From positions 1 to 64,000 of the forward strand of contig CDMY01000377.1 of assembly GCA_001179505.1 (NCBI GenBank): a stretch of DNA of 64,000 bases. The letters run 5' to 3'. The notes below the pieces were generated by a model. That model was not told where the DNA came from. It made no database searches and saw only the letters and a list, made by a program, of their open reading frames with translations. The position numbers and the translations under genes were made by a program. How positions within the stretch are numbered: position 1 is the stretch's first letter; the number at the start of each line of letters is the position of its first letter. Below are positions 1-10,599 of the stretch, piece after piece. The DNA is from Vitrella brassicaformis CCMP3155. Lineage: Eukaryota; Protista; Chromerida.

Positions 1-9
1 GGTCCGTAT

Positions 10-200
10 GAGTGGCTGTGTGGCTGACTGTGTGGCTGACCGTGTGGCTGACTGTGTGGTGGGCCGTCTGTCTGTCTGTCTGTCTCTGGATGGATGGATG
101 GATGGATGCATAGCCGCAGACACGACATATGAATGGATGGATGGATGGATGCACGTGTGTGTGGGGGTATCTGTCTGTCTGTCTGTCTGTGTGTCTGTGA
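10..200. repeat. 12-bp minisatellite (GTGTGGCTGACT-like, about 4 copies) followed by (TCTG)n and (GGAT)n microsatellites
   Basis: Direct reading of 10-200. Confidence 0.9.
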
Positions 201-489
201 CTTGTTGATAGTCGTAGTGTTGATAGCAGCTGGGAGGGAAGACTCACAATCGCATACGATTCAACGCACTGCTTCAAGAACACATGTCTCGCGTCCCCCA
301 AATCCAGAGGACTACCCAGACAGGTACATCGGCACTCACGAGGCTATCTACAATCATACTTGAAAAGTGGATCGAAATCGAAAGGCTTCGGTAGGGATGG
401 AGGATGATAGTAAGAGATCGATCGAATCGAAAGGCTCACAGACATATCATATGATACCTCTTTCGATTCCTCTCTATGTCCCCCGCCGT

Positions 490-1010
490 GCCATCCCTAT
501 GCTGACGGCTACAAGCGGACCGACCCCGTCATCCTCTGGGGCTTATGGCTCTTCCGCTCATTCTCGGCATTCCTGCTGGCCACGCTGCTCTCCCAATGGT
601 GGGATGGACAAGGGGTGGATAACAAGGCGGTCCTCACTGCAAATATCGGCCGTGGTGACCACCCTCGCTGTGACCGTCTGCTGACAGATGACATCACAGA
701 CGATTTGGGCATCGCTGTCGACTATCGCTACGATGGGGACAATCTCAACAATGCTGCTGATGCAATTGACTGTCGTTATGTCTTTGTGAGCGGCTGGCGA
801 GCCGAGGAAAGCGTGGCTGCTTATCTGCATGTGGCTTGGCATGTGGGTTTGGGGTACGGTTACATCAATCTGTGGACAACCGAGGCACCTGCTGCTGATC
901 GGCCTGCATCACTCGCTGTCCGCTTCCCCATTTCGGAGCCCCTGTGACGCCGTGTGCTGCGGCGGTACAATCTGGAGAGTGACGTCATCGACAGGGGGAC
1001 GGTGGTGGGT
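490..1010 (+). pseudogene. Family A pseudogene, 5'-truncated, with premature stop
   Basis: Frame from 498 reads YADGYKRTDPVILWG...SFSAFLLATLL...DDITDDLGI...RFPISEPL*, matching the intact copy at 53157-54194. TGA at 945-947 replaces the W of EPLWRRLL, and homologous codons (RRVLRRYNLESDVIDRG) continue after it. Confidence 0.85.
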
Positions 1011-1865
1011 TTGGTCCTGACTGCCGAGTAGGTGGTGTTGCTGTATGCTGGCCGGGCGGCAGTGTGTGAGGAGTGGAGGGGGGCGAAGTAGAGCCCGTCA
1101 AGAGGTACATAAAATCTGTTTGAAGGGACTCAGGGGTGAGTGTGAGTGTGTGTGTGTGTGTGCGTGTTGAAAGACTACTTCCACACATCCATGTGTGTGT
1201 CTGTGTGGTAGACCCTCCCTTCTGCCTTGGTTTGAATTTTCCTGTTCAAGCCGACCGCAAACCCACCAAGTCACATTGTTCACACCAACAGCCAATTCCT
1301 GTCCGCAGCTCTGTCCCCTCCACTGGCAAACCACAACACATACTCCTTCTCTCGCACACAGTGTGACCCCCCCCTCCCCCCCTCCCCGCCCCCCACTCAC
1401 TGTGCGGATACAAGACCCAAAAATGCAAACACAATACTTTTGAAACTGGAGCTTCTGTCGAAGTAAGTCCAACAAAGTGTCTTGTCTGTCTCACGAACGA
1501 GTGTGAGTATGTGTGTTGGAGAAGGTGGGCTCTGGCGGTCTCTGGGTTTTGTGTGGAGCGGTCAGCGAAGGATTTTATAAGTTGATAGCATGTGCATGTG
1601 TTTGACTTCCAAATGGACTGACTCATGGCCTGGCTGCAGAGATGTGCGTGTTTCATTCGCGGCCATGAACGAGTACGAGCACTTAATTTTGCGCCTTTCC
1701 AATCCCTTCTGTCTCTATGCGATGGCCACACACAACCAGCCCTCATTCTTGATAAAAGAAGGTACGTAAAAACATCACTCCGTGAGTAGACAACCATGCA
1801 CTCACGCCAGTCACGAGCATCACACTCTTGGCCTATCTGGTTGGCCAATGGCCATCTGCCTTTGC

Positions 1866-3042
1866 CTATATGACAAGGCATCCACCCTCACTCTCCATCC
1901 GCCACACCTTGCCCCCCAGCTGCCGCCCTAGCACTCTCATCACGGCATTGCGCGTCCTATCGTGGGGGGCAGACTCCGTCGTGTACACATCGACAGTCTG
2001 AGAACGGTCAGCTCCCCAATCCGCCAGTCGAATGACCGCCGTGTGCCCCTCACTGACCGCCTCACTGCCCAACACACCAGCCGCAAATGCCATCGACAAT
2101 TATACTTCTGGTCGAACACGGCCACTCCGTTCCCCCACTGTGCCGCATCGCTGGGAGGGGCCGCCCGCAGCTGACACACACGTAGAGATGCCGCAGAAGC
2201 CGGACACCAAGACGACCAGTCTCTGGAGAAAGTGATGTAGCGGCCGTCACGAAGCCAATTAAAGACGCTGAATGCCACCAAAGAAGCGTAATTGCGGTAC
2301 GTCCAGCCGTCCAGCTGTGTGGGCGGGTTGGCGGGGTCGACTGTGTCACGAGGGAAGAGGGGGCTGGCAGAGGTGAGGAGGGCGGGGAGACGGTAGCCCG
2401 AGGCAGTGTGGAGGATCCAGTCGCCGTCCATCAGCTGTCTTTGCTGGCCTCTATCATGGACAGTCACCCCTCGGCTGAGTATCTTCCACTGGCGGACCGC
2501 CTCGGTCTCGCCGATGAAGCCCCGGCCCGTCTGGCTGCCGAACACCTCGAAATGCCCATCACCCAGCACCACTGGCCGCTTGCCGCGTAGGTGATACAGC
2601 AGCTCCAAATGAGGCCGCCACCTCGCCAAGTCGCGGCCATCCTCGAGCATCATTAGCCGTCGTGTGATGGCCACAATGACGGCCGCGTCCTGGCTCAGCT
2701 TGGGGATGGCCACCTGCACGAAAGCACCAAATATGTCTTCCACCACGGCGGGCAGCAGTCGTGTGAGGATGGGCAGCAAGACGGCGGTTGTGAATTGTGT
2801 GGGATGGGCGTCGATGAGGGCCTCCAGCTGTGAGTAGCTCCTGACATACTCGGCGATGATGACCGCTGCCTCCTCAGGCACATCAGAGGCACTGATGGGG
2901 TCGTCATGCTGCTGAGGGGGGGAGGTGCTGCGGTGACAAGTAGCCAATGTCTGCAACACAAACCCGCCGACCAACAGGCATAGTGAATGAATGTTTACTG
3001 GCGCTCCCCTCTTTCTTCACCGTGAGTAAGGCCTTCAGCCAT
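1866..3042 (-). pseudogene. Family B gene, frameshifted
   Basis: Homologous to 60599-61840 (MAEGL.HGE, VPEEAAVIIAEYV, RWRPHLELLY, EAVRQWKILSRG, YTTESAPHDRTRN). A 1-bp deletion near 2072 turns WHLRLVVLGS into WHLRLVCWA. There is a 5' frame disruption with TAA at about 2995-2997. Confidence 0.8.
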
Positions 3043-3824
3043 CGCCACGGGTTTAACATGTCGACGTCCTGATCGGGTCACAACCGCCTGTGAGTCGCAG
3101 GTCTGCCACACACGCACACGCGCGCGCACACAGAGAGAGAAAGATCACATTTCCCTGTCATCCTCCATGCCCTCGGTCCTTCTTGTCCTCCCTTCTCACC
3201 TAACAATACGCCCAGATCAGCTGCAGCCAGAGCGATGATGCCGACATCTGTGCCGATTGATATCATCACAGCGCGTCTTTGTGTATATGTCACACAGACC
3301 CAACACCGCCCTGTTGTACCGGAGAGAAGAAAGGGGGGAGATCTGCACGCCACAAGCTCACAGACCGATCGGCGGTGGCCTTTGGAGCATTTGGAGCCTT
3401 TGCAGCTCACTGGAGGGTGAGATGGCAGCCAGAGAGGCAGAAGAATCCAAAAGAAGCTTCAAATAGCGGCTGCTGCTTCGTTTTTGGTGGCCGGCCTGCA
3501 GACCTCACCCGTCCCGCCTCAGTGCCGGGAGGTGACGACGTCCGCACAGCGAACTCATTTCATCGCTTTGTCTGCGCTTCTGTGACGGCCTCGTCGTCGC
3601 ACGGCTCTCGTGACTGACTGACATCGGTGAGGCTGTGCGGTGATCATGGCGCTGCGTGCGTGCGCCCCAGATGTGTGTGCTGCTGTGTGTCTGCAGAGTC
3701 ACCGCGGTTCGTGACGATTGCTGCCATCTCGCCCAGCTTTGACGGTGAGCATCCTGCCGTCCAATTCACTCGGTCTGATTCCCATGTGTGTGTCCCTCTT
3801 CATCCAGACCACTCCCTGGTGGCG
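3043..3824. promoter_or_regulatory. Divergent spacer (putative bidirectional promoter plus 5' UTRs) between B(-) and A(+)
   Basis: 3043-3425 aligns with 61841-62230 and 63249-63650, including a near-invariant 73-nt block at about 3215-3290. It contains a probable 5'-UTR intron of B (gtgaga...tggcag on - strand, about 3104-3199). Confidence 0.6.
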
Positions 3825-4904
3825 ATGTCGTCCCGGCCTGCCAACGGCCGGCCCCCCACCGCCCCTCGGGCAGTCCCCCCGCTGCGCAGCGCGGCCATCA
3901 GCAAGGCCGCCGACATGGCCATGTCCGTTGACCCCAACAGACGCGCCGCACTCCACTCACAAATCAATGGCAGCAATGCCGGCGAAGTGGCCGGGATCCT
4001 ATTGCTCGTCGAGCAGCACATTGGCAAGGCCATCAGTCGTCTCGGCCTGGCGGACGTGTTGGCCTTCGACAGTGGCGGTGATGTGGAGGCCGGCTTGAAG
4101 GTGGTCTATGTGCTGGAGCGGGGCAGTGGCGAGGAGTGGCGGGCAATCGGGCGGTTCCTTCGGCTGGCCTTCATCTACCGGCTCACCCCTGCTAATACGA
4201 CGCGGCCCCTCCGTCTGTCGGCCGACTCGCTGCCCACAGCCGCGGCCTTCTACCAGCTGCCACTGACCATTGCCCTCTACAAGATCATCGGACAGCAGCT
4301 CAGAAACAGGGTGACCAGCCTGGTGCTGCAGCAAGCCGAGGACGGACACTATCGAATCGGCGGCATGGCGCCGTTTCGTGTAGTGCCGTTGGGCGAGCTG
4401 CGCGGCGACCATCGCTATACTGAGGGCTACAAGCGGAGCGACCCCGTCATCCGCTCGGGCCCTGATTTGTATTCCTCATTCTCGGCATTCCTGCTGGACA
4501 GGCTGCTCACCTGGTGGCGCTATGTAGAGGGAGTGGACGTGAAATGTGTGGGGTCTGCACGACGCGGCGGTGACGACGGTCGTTATCGCCGTCTGCATAC
4601 GGCCGACGACATCACAGAGGATTTGGGCATCGTTGTGGACCGGCGCTTCGATGGGGGCGATCTGAATGCTGATGTGGGAGACTACCGCTGTGTGATTGTG
4701 AGCGGCTTCCGGCCAAACGATACCGTCGCTGCCCATCTGATGGGGTCGGGCTCCATCAACCTGTGGACGACCGACGCACCTACTGCTGATCGGCCTGCAT
4801 CACTCGCTATGCGCTTCCCCACTTCGGAGCCCCTGTGGCGCCGTCTGCTGCAGCGGTTCAATCCCGAGACCGACGTCATCGACAGGGGGAGGGTGGTGGG
4901 GTGA
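3825..4904 (+). CDS. Family A protein (subtype A2, different N-terminus), 359 aa, intronless CDS
   Basis: Open ORF with ATG at 3825. Core motifs YVLERGSGEEW, RLAFIYRL, YKRSDPVI, DDITEDLGI and EPLWRRLLQRF...DVIDRGRVVG are shared with the other A copies. Confidence 0.8.
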   Translation: MSSRPANGRPPTAPRAVPPLRSAAISKAADMAMSVDPNRRAALHSQINGSNAGEVAGILLLVEQHIGKAISRLGLADVLAFDSGGDVEAGLKVVYVLERGSGEEWRAIGRFLRLAFIYRLTPANTTRPLRLSADSLPTAAAFYQLPLTIALYKIIGQQLRNRVTSLVLQQAEDGHYRIGGMAPFRVVPLGELRGDHRYTEGYKRSDPVIRSGPDLYSSFSAFLLDRLLTWWRYVEGVDVKCVGSARRGGDDGRYRRLHTADDITEDLGIVVDRRFDGGDLNADVGDYRCVIVSGFRPNDTVAAHLMGSGSINLWTTDAPTADRPASLAMRFPTSEPLWRRLLQRFNPETDVIDRGRVVG

Positions 4905-5340
4905 GGGGTGTTGCCATATCCTGGCCGGGCAGTGTGTGAGTTTTGGAGGGGGGCGGAGTGGCTTTAAATGGCTGACGTGACTGAGAATGAGTGGATGAAG
5001 GTCGAGCTCGAGAGTTACGTCATCGACAGGAAGACGGTAATTGGGTGAGGGGTGCTGACTGGCGAGTGGGTGTTGTGATGCTCTATGAAATGGGCGTCGT
5101 GCCTGGTCGAGTGCCTGCTATGGGTCAGCGAGTGTTTATGGCTCGTTTTTGTGCAGACAGACGACCTTCGACTAGTCTCATCGACTCAATGCATCGGAAG
5201 CAAACCAGTGTGAGTAGTGGAGAATGAGTGGATGAAGGGCCCTCTTGCTTTGTTGTCAGACGCAGTGACTGCGTGGCATCGCTTTTGTCAATGACTGAGT
5301 GGCTTGACCAAAGTCGCTTCGTTCCACCAGCCATACCATG
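4905..5340 (+). repeat. Conserved 3' flank of family A, including a second copy of the A C-terminal end (about 5004-5130)
   Basis: gagctcgagagttacgtcatcgacagg...ctctatgaaatgggcgtcgtgcctggtcgagtgc matches 46528-46633. The 5220-5340 segment matches 9420-9520 and 54290-54390. Confidence 0.8.
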
Positions 5341-5705
5341 GGGCGACTGGCTGGGCTGGTTGGGGTTGTTGCTGGGTGTGTTGGCGGCCTCTGTGGCTGG
5401 CGTGGCGCCTTGCGTGTTGGTGCTGGCCATCAATCAGGCCACACACACCATATGGACACAACACAATGGTATACGGCCCGTGACCAACTGAGACAGCAAG
5501 TCTTGTGTGGCTGACTTACCGAAGTCCGGGTGCACCGGCATCAGTTCTCCGACCGTGCCCGGCAGGTCCATACTTATCGTGGCTATCGACATCGTGCCCG
5601 ACCAGCTGACGATTATCAATCTCGCGTGTCAGTGGTGCGCTCTCCTCCTTGATGGTCTCCTTCACTGGCCAGCACCCTCGCGTGTCGCGGGCGCGTCAGT
5701 CACTC

Positions 5706-6260
5706 GCAATACAAGCGACTTGCGCTCCAAAGCTGGCCCTGTGGTCCGAAGGCTGGCATGTCTGCCCATGGGGCCAGCCCTGCAGGTAGATGTCCAGCCC
5801 TGTAGTCACAAGGCCAGCCATGCACTCACAAGGCCAGCCATGCACTCACAAGGCCAGCCCTACAACCACAGGGCCAGCCCTACAACCGTAGGGCCAGCCC
5901 TGCAGCCACAGGGCCAGCCTTGTACTCACAGGGCTAGCCCTGCAGTGAGTCAAAACCCTCCAGAAGCACTTAACTCGTCACGCAGAGGCCAGCCATGTGT
6001 CTGCAAGGCTAGCCCTGTGAGTGCAAGGCTGGCCCTGTGGCTGCAAGGCTGGCCCTGTGGCTGCAGGGCTGGCCCTACGGTTGTAGGGCTGGCCCTGTGG
6101 TTGTAGGGCTGGCCCTGTGAGTACAGGGCCGGCCCTGTGACTACAGGGCTGGCCTTGTGACTACAGGGCTGGACATCTACCCGCAGGGCTGGCCCCATGG
6201 GCAGACATGCCAGCCTTCGGACCACAGGGCCAGCTTTGGAGCGCAAGTCGCTTGTATTGC
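5706..6260. mobile_element. Non-autonomous foldback/MITE-like element, 555 bp, long TIRs made of 20-bp subrepeats
   Basis: Ends GCAATACAAGCGACTTGCGCTCCAAAGCTGG... and ...CCAGCTTTGGAGCGCAAGTCGCTTGTATTGC are exact reverse complements. Arms pair over about 240 bp around a short spacer (about 5946-5984). No coding capacity. Confidence 0.85.
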
Positions 6261-6612
6261 AGTTGTGGCGAGGGCGGAGGAAAGGCGAAAGAATGAAACT
6301 TTTTTTCCTTCTCTCAGAATCGCCGAAATGGAAATTGACTTCCTGGCTGTTGATTTGGCGGGCTGGTCCAGGTCTCGGACGGCCGTGGGTGATTCGTTGC
6401 GTGTCGTGCGTTTGATTGTGCGTGAAAGACACGAATGTTGGGGATCCGAGATGCCTAGGACATTGCGTGAAACTGCTCGCGAATGAGTCGCCATCATTAT
6501 TCCCCCATTGGCTTGTGTGGAGACTCTTTCGGCCATCATCCAATCCGTCATCCCCCCAATCATCTCAGCAATCTCATTCATTACCTGAGTGATTCGCGTC
6601 CCTTCAGCGAGG

Positions 6613-8870
6613 ATGGGAGGCAAAGTGAGTCGTGATGTGATGCTCACCCCCGCCCCCGAGCCCTCCTCGTTCATCGCCATATGCACCAACACAAGCAGAG
6701 GCCTTTGCTTGCTGCACTTCCCGGCCGGGCTGCGCGAGAGAGCCATCGCTGTCGTGAGAACCCATTGGACAGACGGCGGCAACGTCAGTGTGGAGCAGTT
6801 CGGGGGATGCACCAAGTGAGCAAATGGAAGAGAGAGACCTCAAGAGTTGTCATTGCACCGGGTGGACATGGATGAGTGAGTGTCTGTCAGGTTGAAGCTC
6901 GGGAGTGGGATGTTCAGCACCCCGTGGAGAAGCACAAACACGGTCGGTGCGGCAGGGAGGGGTGGTGGCATATGTGTCCCTGTGTCCCTTTCTGTATGTG
7001 TGAGCGTGACGACTGTGTGGGGTGTGGATTAATGCAGGACGGTTGCGGGACTCGTGTGGCGATCGCCCGGATGCTGGCGGCCTTGCTGCACACGCTGGCG
7101 CAGGACGGCTACCTGCCCTACGCATCCACACAGATACACAGATGCAGATCCATTCAGGTGCCCGACGTGATCATCCTGAGAAGACGCGATCCTCCGCCCT
7201 ACGCCCCCCCGATGGACATCAATAAACCGACCGAGGAGGACCAATATCCGTCCCACCAGCAGCATCAGCAGCAGCAGACCGAGCCCTACTTCGCCATCGG
7301 CCTCAACGACGATGACACTTTGCGGCTGATCCAGGCGCCACCCGCCCTTGTGGACGCCATCCCTTCGCTCATCCAGCAGTTCTGGGGGGGATCGTTCAAG
7401 CGCAAAGATCGAAGAGCCAACACCAACAGCCAGGTGAATGTGGTTGAGGGGATAGACAGGACGGGCCTGTTAGCGGGGAGGAGCCAGCCGGCGGATGTGG
7501 TGGACTTCCGTTTCAATGGGTCGCCATGGCATGCGGACGGAGACTCGGCTGTTACTGCACGGCAGGTACGCCCCGCCGAGATGCGGGGCATCTCCATGTA
7601 CCCATCTCTCTGTCTGTCTGTCTGTCCGTGTATGTGTATGTCAGCTGATGTGTGGGCTGTTGACCCATCTGTGGCAGCTCAACTACGACCTGCTGTGTGC
7701 AGTGTCCCTGAACACCAGCTGCGGCCTCTCCACACTCATCATGGGAAAGAGTGAGGGCATCCAGGGCGACGGGCGGGACATCATGGCCCTGGCCATGAGC
7801 CGCAACGACACACTGCGGCTCTTCAATGCGCCCCAGGGCACACCCGCTGTAGGTGAGTGGGCCGACGTGCCACACGCGCGCAGGGAGTGATCAAGAACAT
7901 GAACTTGTTGCTATCCACCAGTGCGTTTGTGCATTGAGCGGCATTGGACGAGAGGCATCAAGTCGACGATGGACAGCGTCAGCGGGGCCACAGCCATTCC
8001 TTGCATGGAGTTCCGGATGAACGGAAACCCTTGGTACGCAACTCCCCCCACCCCCACCCCACCCCGCACACACACACACCCCTCACCCCAACAAGCATGT
8101 GCTCTCTTGTGTGCCTTTCTTTTGTTTTCCAACTCCCACCGTATGCAGGTGGTGTTCCAAGTGGCACATGGCGTCCACCGAGGCGCGCAACATGATGGCG
8201 GCCATCCTGGAGGACCTCATGCAGAAGGGCTGGCTGCCATTGGGCAAGGCCGCCGGCAGCATCAAAATGACCGTCAAAGAGGCCGACACGTCCTTTATGG
8301 TCTTCACACAAAAGACGGACGATGATTACCACGGCAGCCGACGAGCCACTGGTCCGCTGATATGGGTCGGCCTGTTTAACCGACACCTGGTGCGTGTGGG
8401 GGGGCCGGGGAGCGTCGTGCCTCCGCAGCCGGTGCTCGAGGCCATCAGGCGCGCCCTGCAGTACTGGCCCACACAGAAACCCCCATACGAGCAGGTCGAT
8501 CACCGGACCACCACACACACACAGAGAGAGAGAGAAATGTACCCACTCGGCTGCTTTTCCCCTTGTGTGCCTCTGTCTGTGCTGTGTGTATCATCAGGGG
8601 CGTCTGTCATGCTGGGAGTTTCGCCTGTCTGCCGGGTCGCCTTGGCACAGCGGCAACACCGACTGCGTGCATGCCTGTCACGTCGTGATGCGGCTCTTTG
8701 ACGAGATGTATCGGTGCGGGTGGGAGGTCTGTGCGGCCGTCGACATGGCCAAGGCAATCTGGGCAAACGATCAGGGACCGGGGAGTAAGATAGACTGCGA
8801 CACGTGGTTCTTTCGACAGAGATGGGGAGAGGGAGGCTGGGGTGCAGAGATGGTGAGCGGGGCGCAGTGA
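6613..8870 (+). CDS. Multi-exon protein of four tandem ~110-aa repeats (RL..AP...I..HW...EF+.G.PW...), N-terminal MGGKVS
   Basis: Spliced frames give DDTLRLIQAPPALVDAI..FRFNGSPW, NDTLRLFNAP..RHWTRGI..EFRMNGNPW and WEFRLSAGSPW..CGWEV. Donors gtgagc 6817, gtacgc 7565 and gtcgat about 8494. Stop at 8870. Confidence 0.8.
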
Positions 8871-9064
8871 CTGTCTTTTGGTCTCTAGGCTAGTGGACGG
8901 GACAGGGCAATGGATGCTTGCTTGGTTTGCGCGAAAACATTCAAATGAAGACAGAAGGGTCTATACCAAAAACCGTCAACCAAAACCGTCATCCATGCCC
9001 CTATCCAACACACACACGCTGGCCCTCACTCAAACAGAAATTGAAGAGATCCATTTTCGGTCAG

Positions 9065-9590
9065 CAAATCGCCAGCCAGCACCCTCACAACACAACCCTC
9101 CCCCTGTCGATGACATCATTCTCCAGATTGAAGCGGCGCAGCACACGGCGGGGGACATCGATCGACTTGGGGTAGCGGGGCGACCGGCTGAGACCGATCC
9201 GCAAGAGGCCGCTCGGTTGTGTGCAGCTAGATGGAGTCCCTGCCCCTGTGGCGCCGTCTGCTGCGACAATTTGAGCTTGAGAGTGACGTCATCGACAGGG
9301 GGAGGGGGAGGGGGTGAGTGTGGTGCTGGCTGGCGATTTGTGTTGTGTTGTCGTATCCTGGCCTGGCAGTGTGTGAGTAGTGGAGGGGGGCGGAGCGGCT
9401 TGAAATGGCTGACGTAACTGACTGGGTGAAGGGCCCTCTTGCTTCTTTGTCAGACTCACTGACTGCATGGCGTCGCTTTTGTCAGTGACTCATGTCGCTT
9501 CGTTTCACCAGCCATACAAACATGAGCCTCCACGAAACACACAGACACATGTGCACGTGTTGCTACTGTACATGTGATTATCAGAAGGGA
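9065..9590. repeat. Two inverted fragments of the family A 3' end (9065-9150 on -, 9252-9340 on +) followed by the conserved A 3' flank
   Basis: Perfect complementary blocks 9065-9082/9323-9340 (18 bp) and 9096-9114/9288-9306 (19 bp). The flank matches 54195-54450. Confidence 0.85.
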
Positions 9591-10599
9591 ATGCGTGTAT
9601 GTGCGGTGGCTGACTGATTGACTTGTGAATCTTTGGCCACACACGTGGCGTGGCCTATCCCGCCACTTACTGTGCATACGCACAAAGATGGTACTCGGAG
9701 ACCACACAAGAAGACACCCAGCCGCACCATTGCTGGATGTCTTCATGTGTCGGCGGTTGATATTTTGATGGATGGAGAAGTTGTTGTCTCTCGCTTCATC
9801 CATGTCATGTCTGTCTCGAGAGACAGACATGGACACAAACAACTTTGGTTGCCGGGCCGGGGTGTGAGGACATCGTCGTATTCATGGCAAAAAGACACGA
9901 AAGCCGATAGAGTCACCAAACCGCATGAACGAACCAACCAATCCAGCCATGTGGCAGTCCACACAAACCAACAGGCACTTTCAATCAATCAGCATACTCA
10001 GGTGGTGGTACCATCCTACCTACTGGGGTAGTCAGTCAGTCAGTCAGTTGATGGGGTGCGAAGGGTGTGGTGTGTGCGGGCGGGGCGCATCCGTGTGGTG
10101 TGCAGTGGGGGCGGGGCATGCACCGTGCGATCGACCGACGTGCGTGTGAGTTTTCGCGTAGGCACATTGTCTGTCAAGCAGGTGGGCTGGCACGAAACGA
10201 ATGATCACCGCCCCGTTTGTCAGCCAGGTGGACAAATAGAGACAGGAAAAGGCAAAGGTGCGTGTGCGTGACGTCACCACAGATGGTGACGTCTCAGGCA
10301 GAGTGGGGGAGGGGAGGCGCTACGGTAGGTAGACGCATTCACTGACCCGGACAGGCTAACAAACACGGAACATATATGGAAAAAACAGAGATATACATAC
10401 ATTTAGGGGGGGGCCTAAATACATGGAAAAAACAGAGATATACATAAACAGTCGACCGACCTGCATTCCATTCCATTCAGCGCGCACCGCCCCTGCGCAT
10501 TAGATAGACAGACAAATAGATACATATCGATGGGACAGGTCAAGACCCCTGGCTGGCTGGCTGGCTGGCAATTTCAAAAAGCACCCATGTCTACTCTCC

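Noticed and set aside
945-947. TGA at a conserved Trp position as evidence for UGA=Trp
   Set aside because: Single case in a truncated copy. All other Trp codons are TGG and intact genes end in TGA.
3215-3290. C/D box snoRNA in the conserved spacer block (GUGAUGA...CUGA on - strand)
   Set aside because: Box D is lost in the 62 kb and 63 kb copies (cagtga). Better explained as a 5' UTR exon of B.
5510-5690. Isolated minus-strand exon-like segment (PVKETIKEESAP...APGLR|gtaagt) next to the foldback element
   Set aside because: No linked upstream or downstream exon and no recognisable homology. Too weak to call.
5762-6200. CRISPR-like array of palindromic repeats
   Set aside because: 20-bp period with no unique spacers, eukaryotic context, no cas genes. 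It is part of the foldback element.
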